A DNA stretch of 45,811 nt from a virus (taxonomy: Duplodnaviria; Caudoviricetes), in IMG/VR virus record IMGVR_UViG_3300032212_000028, positions 1 to 45,811 of that record; one strand, given 5' to 3'. The position numbers were made by a program, and so were the translations under genes. Position 1 is the stretch's first letter, and each line of letters opens with the position of its first letter. The notes under the pieces were generated by a model that did not search any database, was not told the origin of the DNA, and was given only the letters and a program-made list of their open reading frames with translations. Below, in pieces: positions 26,325 to 35,695 of this stretch.

Positions 26325-28535
26325 CTAAATTATATTAACCGATGTATCTCGAATAAATGAAACAGGTATGTCAAAATCACCTGTAACTGTGATATTAAAT
26401 TCTTGGTATTTGTAACCTTTCTTTCTTACTATTGCGTTAATCGTTCTATTTCCTAGCGTGTCGGCATAACTAAATACCCCGCTCGCGTTAGTTGTTCCGT
26501 CCGTTATATCGTCGCCGTTGGTTTCTTCAAATCTTACACTAACACCGGATAATGCGGTAGTGCCATTTTTTACAGTGACCTGAAAAGTTGTAGAGCTTGG
26601 CGGTATCCATTGAACACCAGCATCATCCGTTAAATAATCAAGAGTTCCAGCGCCTCTATTATACACGTAAATACCTTTGGAGTTGCTACGCTCTGTGTAA
26701 AAGCTTGATCCGGTAGCATAAAGCGGTTGAGTTTGCGCGCTTCTACACCACTCCCAAATTAATTCACCGTCTGCTGAAAGGGTTGTTTCGTTCTGCTTTG
26801 CGGCTAGATAATCGTATTCTGTTTGCAAGCTTTTAGCGTTTCCGTTAATCGATATTGAGAAAGGTTGCTTTGTTCCGTTAGTGTAAGTGCCTGAGAAAGT
26901 TCCTGCTGTGCCGCCTGTTCGACTGAATGTATCAGTTGCACCTATCGCAGTAGCGTCTCTCGTATCTAAATACAGTTCACCAGATACGCTATCACCGCTT
27001 GCTGATTCTCTTAGTGTGCCAACTGCGCCGGATGGTGAAAAGGTTAAAATCATTCCAACAGCTAAAGTTCCAGAGCCTAGCGTAAAATCAATTAATTCTG
27101 TCGGGTTAGTTGGCTCACTCCATGTAATTCCTGACCCATCTGTTAGAGCCGTTGCTTGTGTGGTTTGAACTATATTATTATCAGGGCTTAGGACTATCGC
27201 ACCAGAAAAGTTACTCGTTGAGGTTTGGGCGGCAACAAAAGGAGAATACAGCCATTTTCCAGCTTGCAGGGCATGGCCTCCATATGTTGTTGTAACCGAG
27301 TTGGTAGCGTGTTTTTTGTAAATGAATGAATTGTCTACCTCACCATTGATATCGGTGGTATCTTCTAAAACTAGATCAGCTAATACATTATGTTCGTAAA
27401 TATTTATTAAAGCATTTTGTAATTTAGTACCGTCAGCTTCTTGCACAACTGGTTTTACAGAGCGCTTATCATTTAATTCATTTAAAGTGCTTGTACCAGT
27501 CCATGTTAATTCTGTATAAGTTGTTACTGACCACGTTGGATCAATCAAGTTCCACGTTTTGTTTTGTCTTACATCGACAAATCCAGAAACTCCTGAGAAT
27601 ACTACGCCGGATAAAGTGATAGTTTCAGTGGTCGTATTTGCCGCCGTGTCTAGCGCTTGAATATCAACCAAGACAAGCGCATCACATGTTGTTGATGAAT
27701 CAACTCTTACGACCTCAGTTGATGCGCCGAGACCGGATATACTTAAATCAGTTATCGTGTCGCCGTAAAGTTCGCATTCTTCAGTAGCCTGCAATAGCTT
27801 TGTTTTATCATAAACAACTTTGGCGGATGTATTGCTTATTTGACTAAGTGTTGCTACTTGGGCCCAGATTAGCGTATCTAAAAATGAAGAGTCCGAACCA
27901 GCGGCGAATGACTGGGCAGGTTCATCATTGGTTGCGGCCGTTAAAGTTATTACACCACCTGAAATTGGCAGCCCACCTGAGTAGTAACCTGATCTAAAAA
28001 AGCCGTTATTCGATACAAGAAAAGAATCTGCCGCCCCCCTGTCAGCGCACTCTAGAGCCTGCCCGCCGTGCATTTCTAGGCCTGCTGGATTAGTTCCGTT
28101 CCCTATTGTTATGATCCTAGTAAGTGTCCACAAGCCTGTGCGAGTTGCAAAAGATATACCGCCACCTGTACCGCCCTCTTCAATGTCGGCGTATTCGTAA
28201 TAAACATCCACTGTATCAGTAGTGGCTACGGGATTAGTGTCCCAGTCTTCATGAATGGTTAATATTCTCGTGCTTCCTGTTCCAGCCGCATCTGAAATAA
28301 CGATCCTTTCTTGGATCGTACCACCTCGACCGATCATTATTCTCCTGCCTAAGTAGCTATCACCTATTCCTAAAGTCCCGACCCCTACATTTCCACCGTA
28401 GCCAGTGGCTAAAGACGGGATATTGTCTAATACGATTGTATTATTTCCGGTCTGCTGTGTTTGAGATCCAAGCGCTTGCGTAACCAAAAACGATGTTATC
28501 GTCGTTCCTGCACCTGCTGAGTAGGTTATTGCCAT
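26325..28535 (-). CDS. 736 aa Thr/Gly-rich putative virion protein with C-terminal Ig/transthyretin-like domain
   Basis: C-terminal FQVTVKNG..LSGVSV...GTTNASG...VRKKGY. Confidence 0.6.
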   Translation of the reverse strand: MAITYSAGAGTTITSFLVTQALGSQTQQTGNNTIVLDNIPSLATGYGGNVGVGTLGIGDSYLGRRIMIGRGGTIQERIVISDAAGTGSTRILTIHEDWDTNPVATTDTVDVYYEYADIEEGGTGGGISFATRTGLWTLTRIITIGNGTNPAGLEMHGGQALECADRGAADSFLVSNNGFFRSGYYSGGLPISGGVITLTAATNDEPAQSFAAGSDSSFLDTLIWAQVATLSQISNTSAKVVYDKTKLLQATEECELYGDTITDLSISGLGASTEVVRVDSSTTCDALVLVDIQALDTAANTTTETITLSGVVFSGVSGFVDVRQNKTWNLIDPTWSVTTYTELTWTGTSTLNELNDKRSVKPVVQEADGTKLQNALINIYEHNVLADLVLEDTTDINGEVDNSFIYKKHATNSVTTTYGGHALQAGKWLYSPFVAAQTSTSNFSGAIVLSPDNNIVQTTQATALTDGSGITWSEPTNPTELIDFTLGSGTLAVGMILTFSPSGAVGTLRESASGDSVSGELYLDTRDATAIGATDTFSRTGGTAGTFSGTYTNGTKQPFSISINGNAKSLQTEYDYLAAKQNETTLSADGELIWEWCRSAQTQPLYATGSSFYTERSNSKGIYVYNRGAGTLDYLTDDAGVQWIPPSSTTFQVTVKNGTTALSGVSVRFEETNGDDITDGTTNASGVFSYADTLGNRTINAIVRKKGYKYQEFNITVTGDFDIPVSFIRDTSVNII

Positions 28536-28538
28536 TTA

Positions 28539-29174
28539 TTACTCTATGATAATTTGATTCATTTCTTCAATCATTTTCTTAAACCTACCGGGAACTTTTG
28601 TCATTAGCATTTCATTCGCTCTAGGTCTTCGCCCTGTATCGAATCTAATAGTTACGAAGCTGGCACAATTAGCATCATCAAACTCATAAGCTCTGCAAGA
28701 TCCGAAATACCTTTCGCGCCTTTGAGAATCTGTTAGTGTTAAATCTGCGACTAATTCGTTATATAAGCTGTTTAAGTCATTTGCTACATATACTTGATAG
28801 AACCAGTGCGCTTGATATTGTTTTGCCTCAGCATTTGTTAGCACAGCTCCGAGGGTAACATTACCTGCGCCCTGCGCTGCATCCCATTCTGCGAAAATAG
28901 GCTCTGGATCATAAGATGTGCATTGCTGACCGATTTCATTATTTTTGTTTATCTGGTCACAAAATTCCGTGTGGTAACGACTATTGTTAGCTTGTATTGC
29001 AACTACTTTATGACCTAGATAATCAAATGTTATAATACCATAACCATCGTAAATAGCTGCTGGGGTATTGCTCAAAACGTCATAAGTTAGTGAGCCTGAT
29101 CCTCTCCTAGTTATATCTGATGATAATGCTGAATTGACAAAAAAACTAGCTATAATAAATATTAATATTTTCAT
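28539..29174 (-). CDS. Exported protein with Sec-type signal peptide
   Basis: N-terminal MKILIFIIASFFVNSALS; AAGGAG SD; four Cys. Confidence 0.65.
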   Translation of the reverse strand: MKILIFIIASFFVNSALSSDITRRGSGSLTYDVLSNTPAAIYDGYGIITFDYLGHKVVAIQANNSRYHTEFCDQINKNNEIGQQCTSYDPEPIFAEWDAAQGAGNVTLGAVLTNAEAKQYQAHWFYQVYVANDLNSLYNELVADLTLTDSQRRERYFGSCRAYEFDDANCASFVTIRFDTGRRPRANEMLMTKVPGRFKKMIEEMNQIIIE

Positions 29175-29249
29175 GTTTTTATACTCCTTTTATATAAAAT
29201 TAACAGATTTATTTTACCACTTATAGCAAATCATTGCTATTGCGCGCAT

Positions 29250-29273
29250 AAAAAAGCCCCAATTAAGGGGCTT
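29250..29273 (-). terminator. Rho-independent terminator after the lysis cassette
   Basis: AAGCCCC-TTAATT-GGGGCTT followed by a T run. Confidence 0.85.
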
Positions 29274-29374
29274 AGTCGAGATAGAAAAATGAAGGGGAAA
29301 ACTATCTCTTTACTCAATACGACTTAATCACACTGAGCAGGAAAACCAATAATACTAAACTCTGTTCTATTATG

Positions 29375-29617
29375 CTAGTTGTTTTTATGGGCTTCGTTGT
29401 GTGTTTTAATCAGGTATTCAATCCTATCTTGCCTTATTCTGCACCCTTCTTGATTGGTGTAGATTTTCATGCCGACATCCTGAGTCATGGAATTTTTTTC
29501 TTCTTCTGTGAATTTATCGAAATTACATTGAGATGGTATAGCTAAAGGCTTATGAATTACTCGGTACTTAGTTTGACCGCATCCAGTTAGTAACAGTAGT
29601 AATATTAAATACTTCAT
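29375..29617 (-). CDS. Outer-membrane lipoprotein spanin (o-spanin)
   Basis: Lipobox LLLTGC; follows the i-spanin candidate. Confidence 0.75.
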   Translation of the reverse strand: MKYLILLLLLTGCGQTKYRVIHKPLAIPSQCNFDKFTEEEKNSMTQDVGMKIYTNQEGCRIRQDRIEYLIKTHNEAHKNN

Positions 29618-29868
29618 ATGTGTTTACGCCAGTCGTTTTCATTGATGTTTTTTAGTTCTTCATCTTCGAGGGCTTCTGCTTGAGTCTCAGCGACTTCTAT
29701 CATGTTATCAATTACTTTTTCCCTGTGAGCCAGTTCAACCTCTTCTTCTAGCTGCTCTATTTCTCTATCCTTGAGCTTTAACCAAAAAAACAGTATTCCT
29801 GTTATTGCTGATAACGCAACTACTAAGTAATTCTTAGCACTTGAGAATAGCTTAGATATAAAGCCCAT
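29614..29868 (-). CDS. Inner-membrane spanin (i-spanin)
   Basis: N-terminal TM then coiled coil. Confidence 0.7.
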   Translation of the reverse strand: MGFISKLFSSAKNYLVVALSAITGILFFWLKLKDREIEQLEEEVELAHREKVIDNMIEVAETQAEALEDEELKNINENDWRKHI

Positions 29869-30092
29869 TATTTATCATCCAGCGGTTTTCGAGTGAGCTT
29901 TCTGAGTTTATTGTCAGCCATGCCTAGAATGGTCACACCAACACCGAACCACATAGGATCAATTGAACCTTCAAAATAACCAGATACCGCGAGTAATACT
30001 GAAACTATTCCAGCGATCACTTTTATATATGACATTCTAATAGTTTTAGATGTTTTTATTGCTTTCCATTCTTTTTGTAGCCATTTAATCAT
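29868..30092 (-). CDS. Holin-like membrane protein
   Basis: Two TM segments and a basic C-terminus LRKLTRKPLDDK. Confidence 0.65.
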   Translation of the reverse strand: MIKWLQKEWKAIKTSKTIRMSYIKVIAGIVSVLLAVSGYFEGSIDPMWFGVGVTILGMADNKLRKLTRKPLDDK

Positions 30093-30096
30093 AATT

Positions 30097-30369
30097 TTAA
30101 CACCTGGGCGAACATTTAGGGCATGGACAAGCTAAACCCATAACTTTGGTTTTATCAACTCCGTCGAACATACAAGGTGGTTCGAAAGGCATTTGTTTTT
30201 GTGGTTTATAAAAATCAATAATGTCCTTTACTGATGGGCTTGCTGGCTGTTTGTCTTTTTCAAGATTGTCGATCGTCTCTTGGCGTTCTTCTTCTGTCAT
30301 AAACAAAATACATTCGCCAAAGTCGTGATTAATGCCTTCGCCTGCCGTTTCTTCTGTTGAATCTTTCAT
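30097..30369 (-). CDS. Hypothetical protein with Cys-rich C-terminus
   Basis: Ends CMFDG...LACPCPKCSPRC; ATG start at 30369. Confidence 0.55.
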   Translation of the reverse strand: MKDSTEETAGEGINHDFGECILFMTEEERQETIDNLEKDKQPASPSVKDIIDFYKPQKQMPFEPPCMFDGVDKTKVMGLACPCPKCSPRC

Positions 30370-30498
30370 AAATACTCCCACCAAATCCCGCTATTATCTC
30401 TGCAATAACTAGATCCAATATTAAAATCAAAAGACCCTCCCACACCAAGGTATTTTAACCTTGGTTTTTTTGCTTTTTTTAAAATCCAATAACTCATA

Positions 30499-30903
30499 TT
30501 AAAAACCTCTCATTATTTTAGCTAGTCGTTGTGCTCGCTCTGGTGTTTGCTGACTCCATTTTGAATCTAACATTTCAGTATAGGCTCTGCCGTAATCTCT
30601 GTTATCAAGCGCACCTATAAGCTTTTTAAACCCTTCAAACCCTTTCAATCCAAGCTGAAAGATCATGTTTATGACTACAGCCCTTCGATCAGCATCTAGA
30701 TTCTTGTAAAAGCTAAACCTCATCGCCTGTTTTGCTACTCGCTTTAAATCGTTATCAAGCAAATGCTCAGCTTCTTTTTTTGTTAGTGGGTTATTATCAA
30801 GATTTCTTCCGTATCCGATGGTGTTTTTTCCCTCAGTGCATTGATAGACATTGCCGCTGAAACCTTCGTCAAATTTTATTTGCTCTTTAGCGCTTATTTT
30901 CAT
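30499..30903 (-). CDS. Endolysin, GH24 phage lysozyme
   Basis: DEGF...YQCTEGKNTIGYG (E-X8-C-X5-T); MLDSKW..QTPERA. Confidence 0.93.
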   Translation of the reverse strand: MKISAKEQIKFDEGFSGNVYQCTEGKNTIGYGRNLDNNPLTKKEAEHLLDNDLKRVAKQAMRFSFYKNLDADRRAVVINMIFQLGLKGFEGFKKLIGALDNRDYGRAYTEMLDSKWSQQTPERAQRLAKIMRGF

Positions 30904-31160
30904 TTGATCTTAGATTCTATTTTCTCAATCCTATTGAGAATGTAATCTTGCTGCATTTTGTACCTGATATCATCCTCTTTTAGCGTCGAGACTATTTCGT
31001 TTGTCATCTTTAACTCTGACACTACCGCGTTCAAAGACCTGTTAAAGCTCTTCATTTCGTACGTCATAGTTCCGTACGTTGTGAATATTGTTGCCAAATG
31101 CCCTAGAGTGAATAATATTAGAGGTGTGGACCACACCAGCTTTCCTTTATCGTTTACCAT
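30900..31160 (-). CDS. TM + coiled-coil protein, possible holin/antiholin
   Basis: Single TM directly upstream of the endolysin. Confidence 0.5.
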   Translation of the reverse strand: MVNDKGKLVWSTPLILFTLGHLATIFTTYGTMTYEMKSFNRSLNAVVSELKMTNEIVSTLKEDDIRYKMQQDYILNRIEKIESKIK

Positions 31161-31315
31161 TGGTTAGTTCGCTTAATAGTTTTTTCATTTTTGCAGCGTA
31201 ATCATCTTGGGCTAAGATTATAGCATTAGCTAATGATGAATCTTTCTCAACCTCATCGATTAAAGCGGTTGGAGCTTCTGACAGCGAAGCGGTTTCCTGT
31301 CCGCATAATATGATT

Positions 31316-31615
31316 TTACAGCGAATTGCGCTCATTAGTTTTTACCTTGTCTTGGTTAGTCGGTCCGGTTGTTAAATCTCCCGGATTAATTATTCCTTGT
31401 CTGATTAAGATGGCGTTTTGATCTTGTACGTGCATTTGAAGAATCCTAACCTCTGTTTTTGCCTCCTTAAAGTTATCTCTAAGTGAGTTTAATGATATGG
31501 TAAGCCAAACAAGGGTTATTAATCCGAATACCGATAGTATTAAAATAAATAATAGTATCCCTTTATGGCTTTCGTCTATCGTTAGTACAGTTCGCTTTCT
31601 ATCTTCATTATGCAA
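31316..31615 (-). CDS. Single-TM coiled-coil protein near the lysis genes
   Basis: ILLFILILSVFGLITLVWLTI TM segment. Confidence 0.55.
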   Translation of the reverse strand: MHNEDRKRTVLTIDESHKGILLFILILSVFGLITLVWLTISLNSLRDNFKEAKTEVRILQMHVQDQNAILIRQGIINPGDLTTGPTNQDKVKTNERNSL

Positions 31616-31809
31616 CTTTCTTCTCTTTAACTTCTGACAATATCAAACCATTAGCCTTTGCGATTGCAATAGCTTCTGTCAGTGATTTAATCTCTTTAAA
31701 TAGCGCGATTTCAGAGCTATTGATTTTTGAGATTTCCCACCCTTTATGTGTCCGGGTGATTGTAAACATGATATTGTCATTTGATTAACCGTTGTTTATT
31801 TGGTGTTTA

Positions 31810-32214
31810 TTATACTTTGTTAGGTGTTTGTTTGCAATTTAGCGATAAATCTCTAATAAATCGATAAATCTCTCTAGCCTCTTCAATTGTTCTTATTTGA
31901 CTTGTGTGATACTTCCATCCTATATGACTAGTTATTTTTGAGTATATTGATTTTCGTTTTGGTTTATCGCCTTTCCATAACGGATCTAATATTTTATGTA
32001 TCTCAATTCTTGCTTTTCTCATTTCTTGATTAGCTATACAGCCCAGAGGATTAGTCCTGTTTTTTGTCTTGTGATGGCATCCAACATAGCCTTTACATTC
32101 GTCACACACCCAAAACGGCAGAACCGACAAATCTCTTCTGTTTGGGTATATTTCCTCTCCATCAGTCAGCCTTGCTTCAACCTTTTTATTGCATTCACAG
32201 CAATGTATTAACAC
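31810..32214 (-). CDS. Zinc-finger protein (DUF3268-like)
   Basis: CCEC...EIYP...WVCDECKGYVGCH...PLG..A...R.AR...H...DPLW. Confidence 0.8.
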   Translation of the reverse strand: MLIHCCECNKKVEARLTDGEEIYPNRRDLSVLPFWVCDECKGYVGCHHKTKNRTNPLGCIANQEMRKARIEIHKILDPLWKGDKPKRKSIYSKITSHIGWKYHTSQIRTIEEAREIYRFIRDLSLNCKQTPNKV

Positions 32215-32701
32215 TTTATTCTCCTTTGTTAGATCTCATAAAAAATAAGTCCATTCCTTTCCGCCAGTTTCCACGGGAATATTTACCCTTTCCGAAAGTC
32301 AGTACTTTAGATACCCCGTTCATAGCGTGAGCAGCTTCTAATACTAAAGATATTTCTGATTTACCTTTATTGTGTCTAAAGCCTTCACTCATTTTAACAG
32401 TTCCTCTGCTTTATTAAGCCAGTTAATATACTCTGCATCAGTTCCCTTTTTTGTTGCTAAAATGTCTAGATATAGTTTTAGGTGTGATTCTAGATCTTTA
32501 ACTCTTTCTTGAAGAAGCTCTTCTTTGCTAGCCCGTCTAGTTATTCCGCCGCAGCCGTTTAAGCTTAGCTTGTCATCGTTCATAATGTTGTTTATTTTTG
32601 TTGGCTAAAAACTCATCAGCACTAAATATAGCAGACCTAAATCCGAAACTATGATCACTGTTTGATATTCGTCTGCTCATCTTTTCGAGGTGTTCAATTA
32701 G

Positions 32702-32860
32702 CTAAAATCTTAGCTTTTGATATTCATTTAATTCTTTTAACCTCGCTCTAAGTAATTCGTGATTTTCTGGAGTCGCCCAGTATTCTTTGCGAACCAAGCC
32801 AGCGTCTAGCTTCCGCTTTCGGCTGGTTTTTTGTCTTTGTGCTTCTGTTTTAGCTGTCAT
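32702..32860 (-). CDS. 52 aa basic putative DNA-binding protein (not in ORF track)
   Basis: MTAKTEAQRQKTSRKRKLDAGLVRKEYWATPENHELLR...; ATGA-coupled to the upstream ORF. Confidence 0.7.
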   Translation of the reverse strand: MTAKTEAQRQKTSRKRKLDAGLVRKEYWATPENHELLRARLKELNEYQKLRF

Positions 32861-33018
32861 ATGTTATATGCGTCTAAAAATTGATCAAAATCATCATCAT
32901 CCATTTTTGATTCAAGCATATCAAATGCTAATCTATAAGCTGCACCGCTAGCATCATCCTTTTTGTTATATAACTCAATCATTGCGTCTTTAAGCTGTTG
33001 AATATTGAAGTCTTTCAT
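32857..33018 (-). CDS. 53 aa acidic protein (not in ORF track)
   Basis: MKDFNIQQLK...LESKMDDDDFDQFLDAYNI, directly after a strong promoter. Confidence 0.7.
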   Translation of the reverse strand: MKDFNIQQLKDAMIELYNKKDDASGAAYRLAFDMLESKMDDDDFDQFLDAYNI

Positions 33019-33060
33019 TTTTATCTCTGGTTGTTTTTGTCTTTCTCTTAACTTGAACCT

Positions 33061-33089
33061 ATTATCGCATGTGACCGGTAACTTGTCAA
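33061..33089 (-). promoter_or_regulatory. Strong sigma70 promoter with operator
   Basis: TTGACA-17-GATAAT with extended TG; near-palindrome GTGACCGGTAAC at 33071-33082. Confidence 0.75.
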
Positions 33090-33101
33090 CGGTTATTTCA
33101 T

Positions 33102-33413
33102 TTAACTTCTCTTTGTGATATCTTTGCTTGCGTTAGACACTTCATTTTTCACTGAAAAACAAAATCCCATGGCCTGCTCTACTGAATCAATAATAATAAA
33201 CTGACCTTTCCAATTGCGAGTAAATTTTTTTTGATTTTCATTTAAACCTTTGCCTGGCATTTTTATTTCTATTAAAAAATTGCGCTTATCAAATCCAACA
33301 ATAAGATCTAACGGAGTATCTAATCTGCAAACGCTAAAACCGTAACTTTCAAAAACTTTAACTATTTCAGGCTCGTTAGCGTCTCTTTTGGCATCCCATC
33401 TATGCAAGCTCAT
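33102..33413 (-). CDS. VRR-NUC / PD-(D/E)xK nuclease (resolvase-like)
   Basis: KRDANEPEIV...DLIVG...LIEIK...LNENQKKF...W.G. Confidence 0.85.
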   Translation of the reverse strand: MSLHRWDAKRDANEPEIVKVFESYGFSVCRLDTPLDLIVGFDKRNFLIEIKMPGKGLNENQKKFTRNWKGQFIIIDSVEQAMGFCFSVKNEVSNASKDITKRS

Positions 33414-33766
33414 GCTCTATCCACTATTATTTGATATTCTTCTTTATCCATTGGCAAGTATCCATGAATTGATTTATATAACTGCACTCGCTCAATGAAT
33501 AAGTCTTTCTCTTTACCGTACTCCATCTCAAACTGGTGTTTATTTACGTGCCTAGCTGCCGAATTTCTGCCATCTTGGTGACACCAATAAGACAGGCATA
33601 TAACGTACCATTCACCAAACTTTTTAACGCCTTTTAGTTTTGCCTTCGCCCCAGCGATATGATGTATCGCGTTATCACCTGAACTCATTTGGTCTTGACA
33701 TGAGCATCCATAAGACCTTAACCATGTGTGCCAGTGCTTTTGTCGCTTGTTTGGTGAACCATTCAT
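33410..33766 (-). CDS. Ref/DUF968-like HNH-type nuclease
   Basis: GCSC...IHHI...VICL...CH...H...FE..YG.E. Confidence 0.7.
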   Translation of the reverse strand: MNGSPNKRQKHWHTWLRSYGCSCQDQMSSGDNAIHHIAGAKAKLKGVKKFGEWYVICLSYWCHQDGRNSAARHVNKHQFEMEYGKEKDLFIERVQLYKSIHGYLPMDKEEYQIIVDRA

Positions 33767-34132
33767 TTAATCGCCTTTAACCAGTTTAGATATAATTTTA
33801 TGGGCTTTAATATTAGCATTGATAATAGCCGTGTCGAGAGTTAAAGTATCTCTTATAATTACCCCCCCATAGAACAATACGACCATATTATCAACTTTAG
33901 GATTAAAGTCTTTATTCTCGAAAAAGTGTATATTATCTATGTTATCCATTGTTAATTTCCTTTTCTACGCTATCAACGTAATTCATCAAGTCATCACATT
34001 TTTCTTGCAACATATTTCTGTCTTTTACTATGTCATTTCTTAAAAGTGTTACTCTGTTAGCATGAAATCTAATGCTTTCTATTAGTCTGGACACTTTATC
34101 TTGCTGCTCTACTGTGTATATTTTATCCATTA

Positions 34133-34492
34133 TTAATTTCTCAAATTTGCAACATCTTTTAGCGATCCATCATCCTGACGCTTAACCCATCGTGATAATG
34201 TCCAGCCAATCCTCTGGTATTCTTTAACCGCTTCATCCATTGACAATTCATCACCACTACCATCATTGTTGGTGATACCGCAAAGGATACCCTGCTCAAC
34301 TCCAACCTGATATTCACCTGAATCAACGTTGTATGATATGCTTTCTGCTTCAACTTCCCATTCTTCGCTATCACAATACCAAACACCATTTACTGGTGGA
34401 TGCTCCAAAACAACCTCTTTGTAAAACTCTGGATCGGTAGAGCGAAAAGAGTAATTGCCTTCACGTATCGCTGTTATAAATTTAACTTTCAT
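34133..34492 (-). CDS. Hypothetical acidic protein
   Basis: ORF in operon orientation. Confidence 0.55.
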   Translation of the reverse strand: MKVKFITAIREGNYSFRSTDPEFYKEVVLEHPPVNGVWYCDSEEWEVEAESISYNVDSGEYQVGVEQGILCGITNNDGSGDELSMDEAVKEYQRIGWTLSRWVKRQDDGSLKDVANLRN

Positions 34493-34718
34493 AAATCACC
34501 CATTATTCACACCTAATTAATATTTGTTTTTTCTTTACTTGATAAACGCTTGTTTTGTGTACTAATCCTTGTTTATTGCATAATATCTCAGGCTGACCTT
34601 TTTTTAGTTTATCAATAGCAAATTCATAATTACGTTTGTTTATAAATGCCGTCAACACTAATCCGATTAAGCAGATAATAAGTATTAAATCTAATATTCT
34701 CATTTGATTAACTCTCTT

Positions 34719-35117
34719 TTATTCCTCAAACCTGTATCTAGTGGTGTGTGCAATTGTTTCGCCTCGCTCATTGATTGTAAAAGAACTTTGAGAATCAAAA
34801 TATTTACTGTATATCCAGCAACCCATTAAATCAAGTTCTTCACATCTTTTTATAGCTAGATCTTTTCGTTTAAAAATATCAGCGTCCACCTGAAAAGAGA
34901 ATGGTTCAGTTATTTTGTTTTTACCTACATGATCAATACCTCTAACAGTTAGATCACAGCTTTGCTCAGAAAGACCCATAAGCGCACGTGCAAATGTCTC
35001 ATATGATATTTTAACATCCACAAATCTAATCCTTGACGCTTGATCCTTTATTTGTATTTGTACACACTTATCGCTATTTCCGCAAGTTGGTGACGATATA
35101 GTTATTTTACCTTTCAT
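34719..35117 (-). CDS. Hypothetical phage protein
   Basis: AAGGA SD; IQIKDQASRIRFV...FARALMGL. Confidence 0.6.
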   Translation of the reverse strand: MKGKITISSPTCGNSDKCVQIQIKDQASRIRFVDVKISYETFARALMGLSEQSCDLTVRGIDHVGKNKITEPFSFQVDADIFKRKDLAIKRCEELDLMGCWIYSKYFDSQSSFTINERGETIAHTTRYRFEE

Positions 35118-35135
35118 TTTGTTTATTCCTTATAG

Positions 35136-35336
35136 TTATACTGGCTTGATTCCTACATTTAAATACTGGCAATAGTGCGTTTCGTCATCGTATAACCAGA
35201 CCTTTTGCACTACAACATAAACACCTGTCTTAAGTTTTACCTCATCACCTATATCTGGAGCATGATAAATCGATCTAAAAGCAAGCTCGATGTTATATAG
35301 ATAAAAATAAGTATTTATTTTTTTAATGTCCGACAT
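35136..35336 (-). CDS. Hypothetical protein flanked by 14 bp direct repeats
   Basis: PDIGDEV motif; tattccttatagtt on both sides. Confidence 0.55.
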   Translation of the reverse strand: MSDIKKINTYFYLYNIELAFRSIYHAPDIGDEVKLKTGVYVVVQKVWLYDDETHYCQYLNVGIKPV

Positions 35337-35352
35337 TTCTATTCCTTATAGT

Positions 35353-35694
35353 TTAAGTCAGTGACGATTGCATCTTTAAATCTGCTCGCTCGTCTGCTCT
35401 TTGGGTTTGCCACACGTTGATACCAGCATGTGACGTTTTAAGTTCCCAAAAGGCTGCTATGCTTATTTCTTCTGCCTCTTTTCTTCCTTCAAGAACCTCT
35501 AAATATTCTTTATCACACCTAGCAGCATCATCGCACTTAACATTGGACCATGTTGGGTTTTCTAGAGAGTATTTTGTTTTTAACATTGCTATCTTGCATT
35601 TTCTAAAATCGTTAAGGTATTCATACTCAGATTTTGCTTTTGCGTATTTTTTTCCAAGCGCGTGTAATTGAGCTATTCTTTCTATCGGTTTCAT
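35353..35694 (-). CDS. Helical protein downstream of SSB
   Basis: YAKAKSEYEYL...Y...LEG...A...VWQT; start taken at MKPIER. Confidence 0.65.
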   Translation of the reverse strand: MKPIERIAQLHALGKKYAKAKSEYEYLNDFRKCKIAMLKTKYSLENPTWSNVKCDDAARCDKEYLEVLEGRKEAEEISIAAFWELKTSHAGINVWQTQRADERADLKMQSSLT

Positions 35695-35695
35695 G

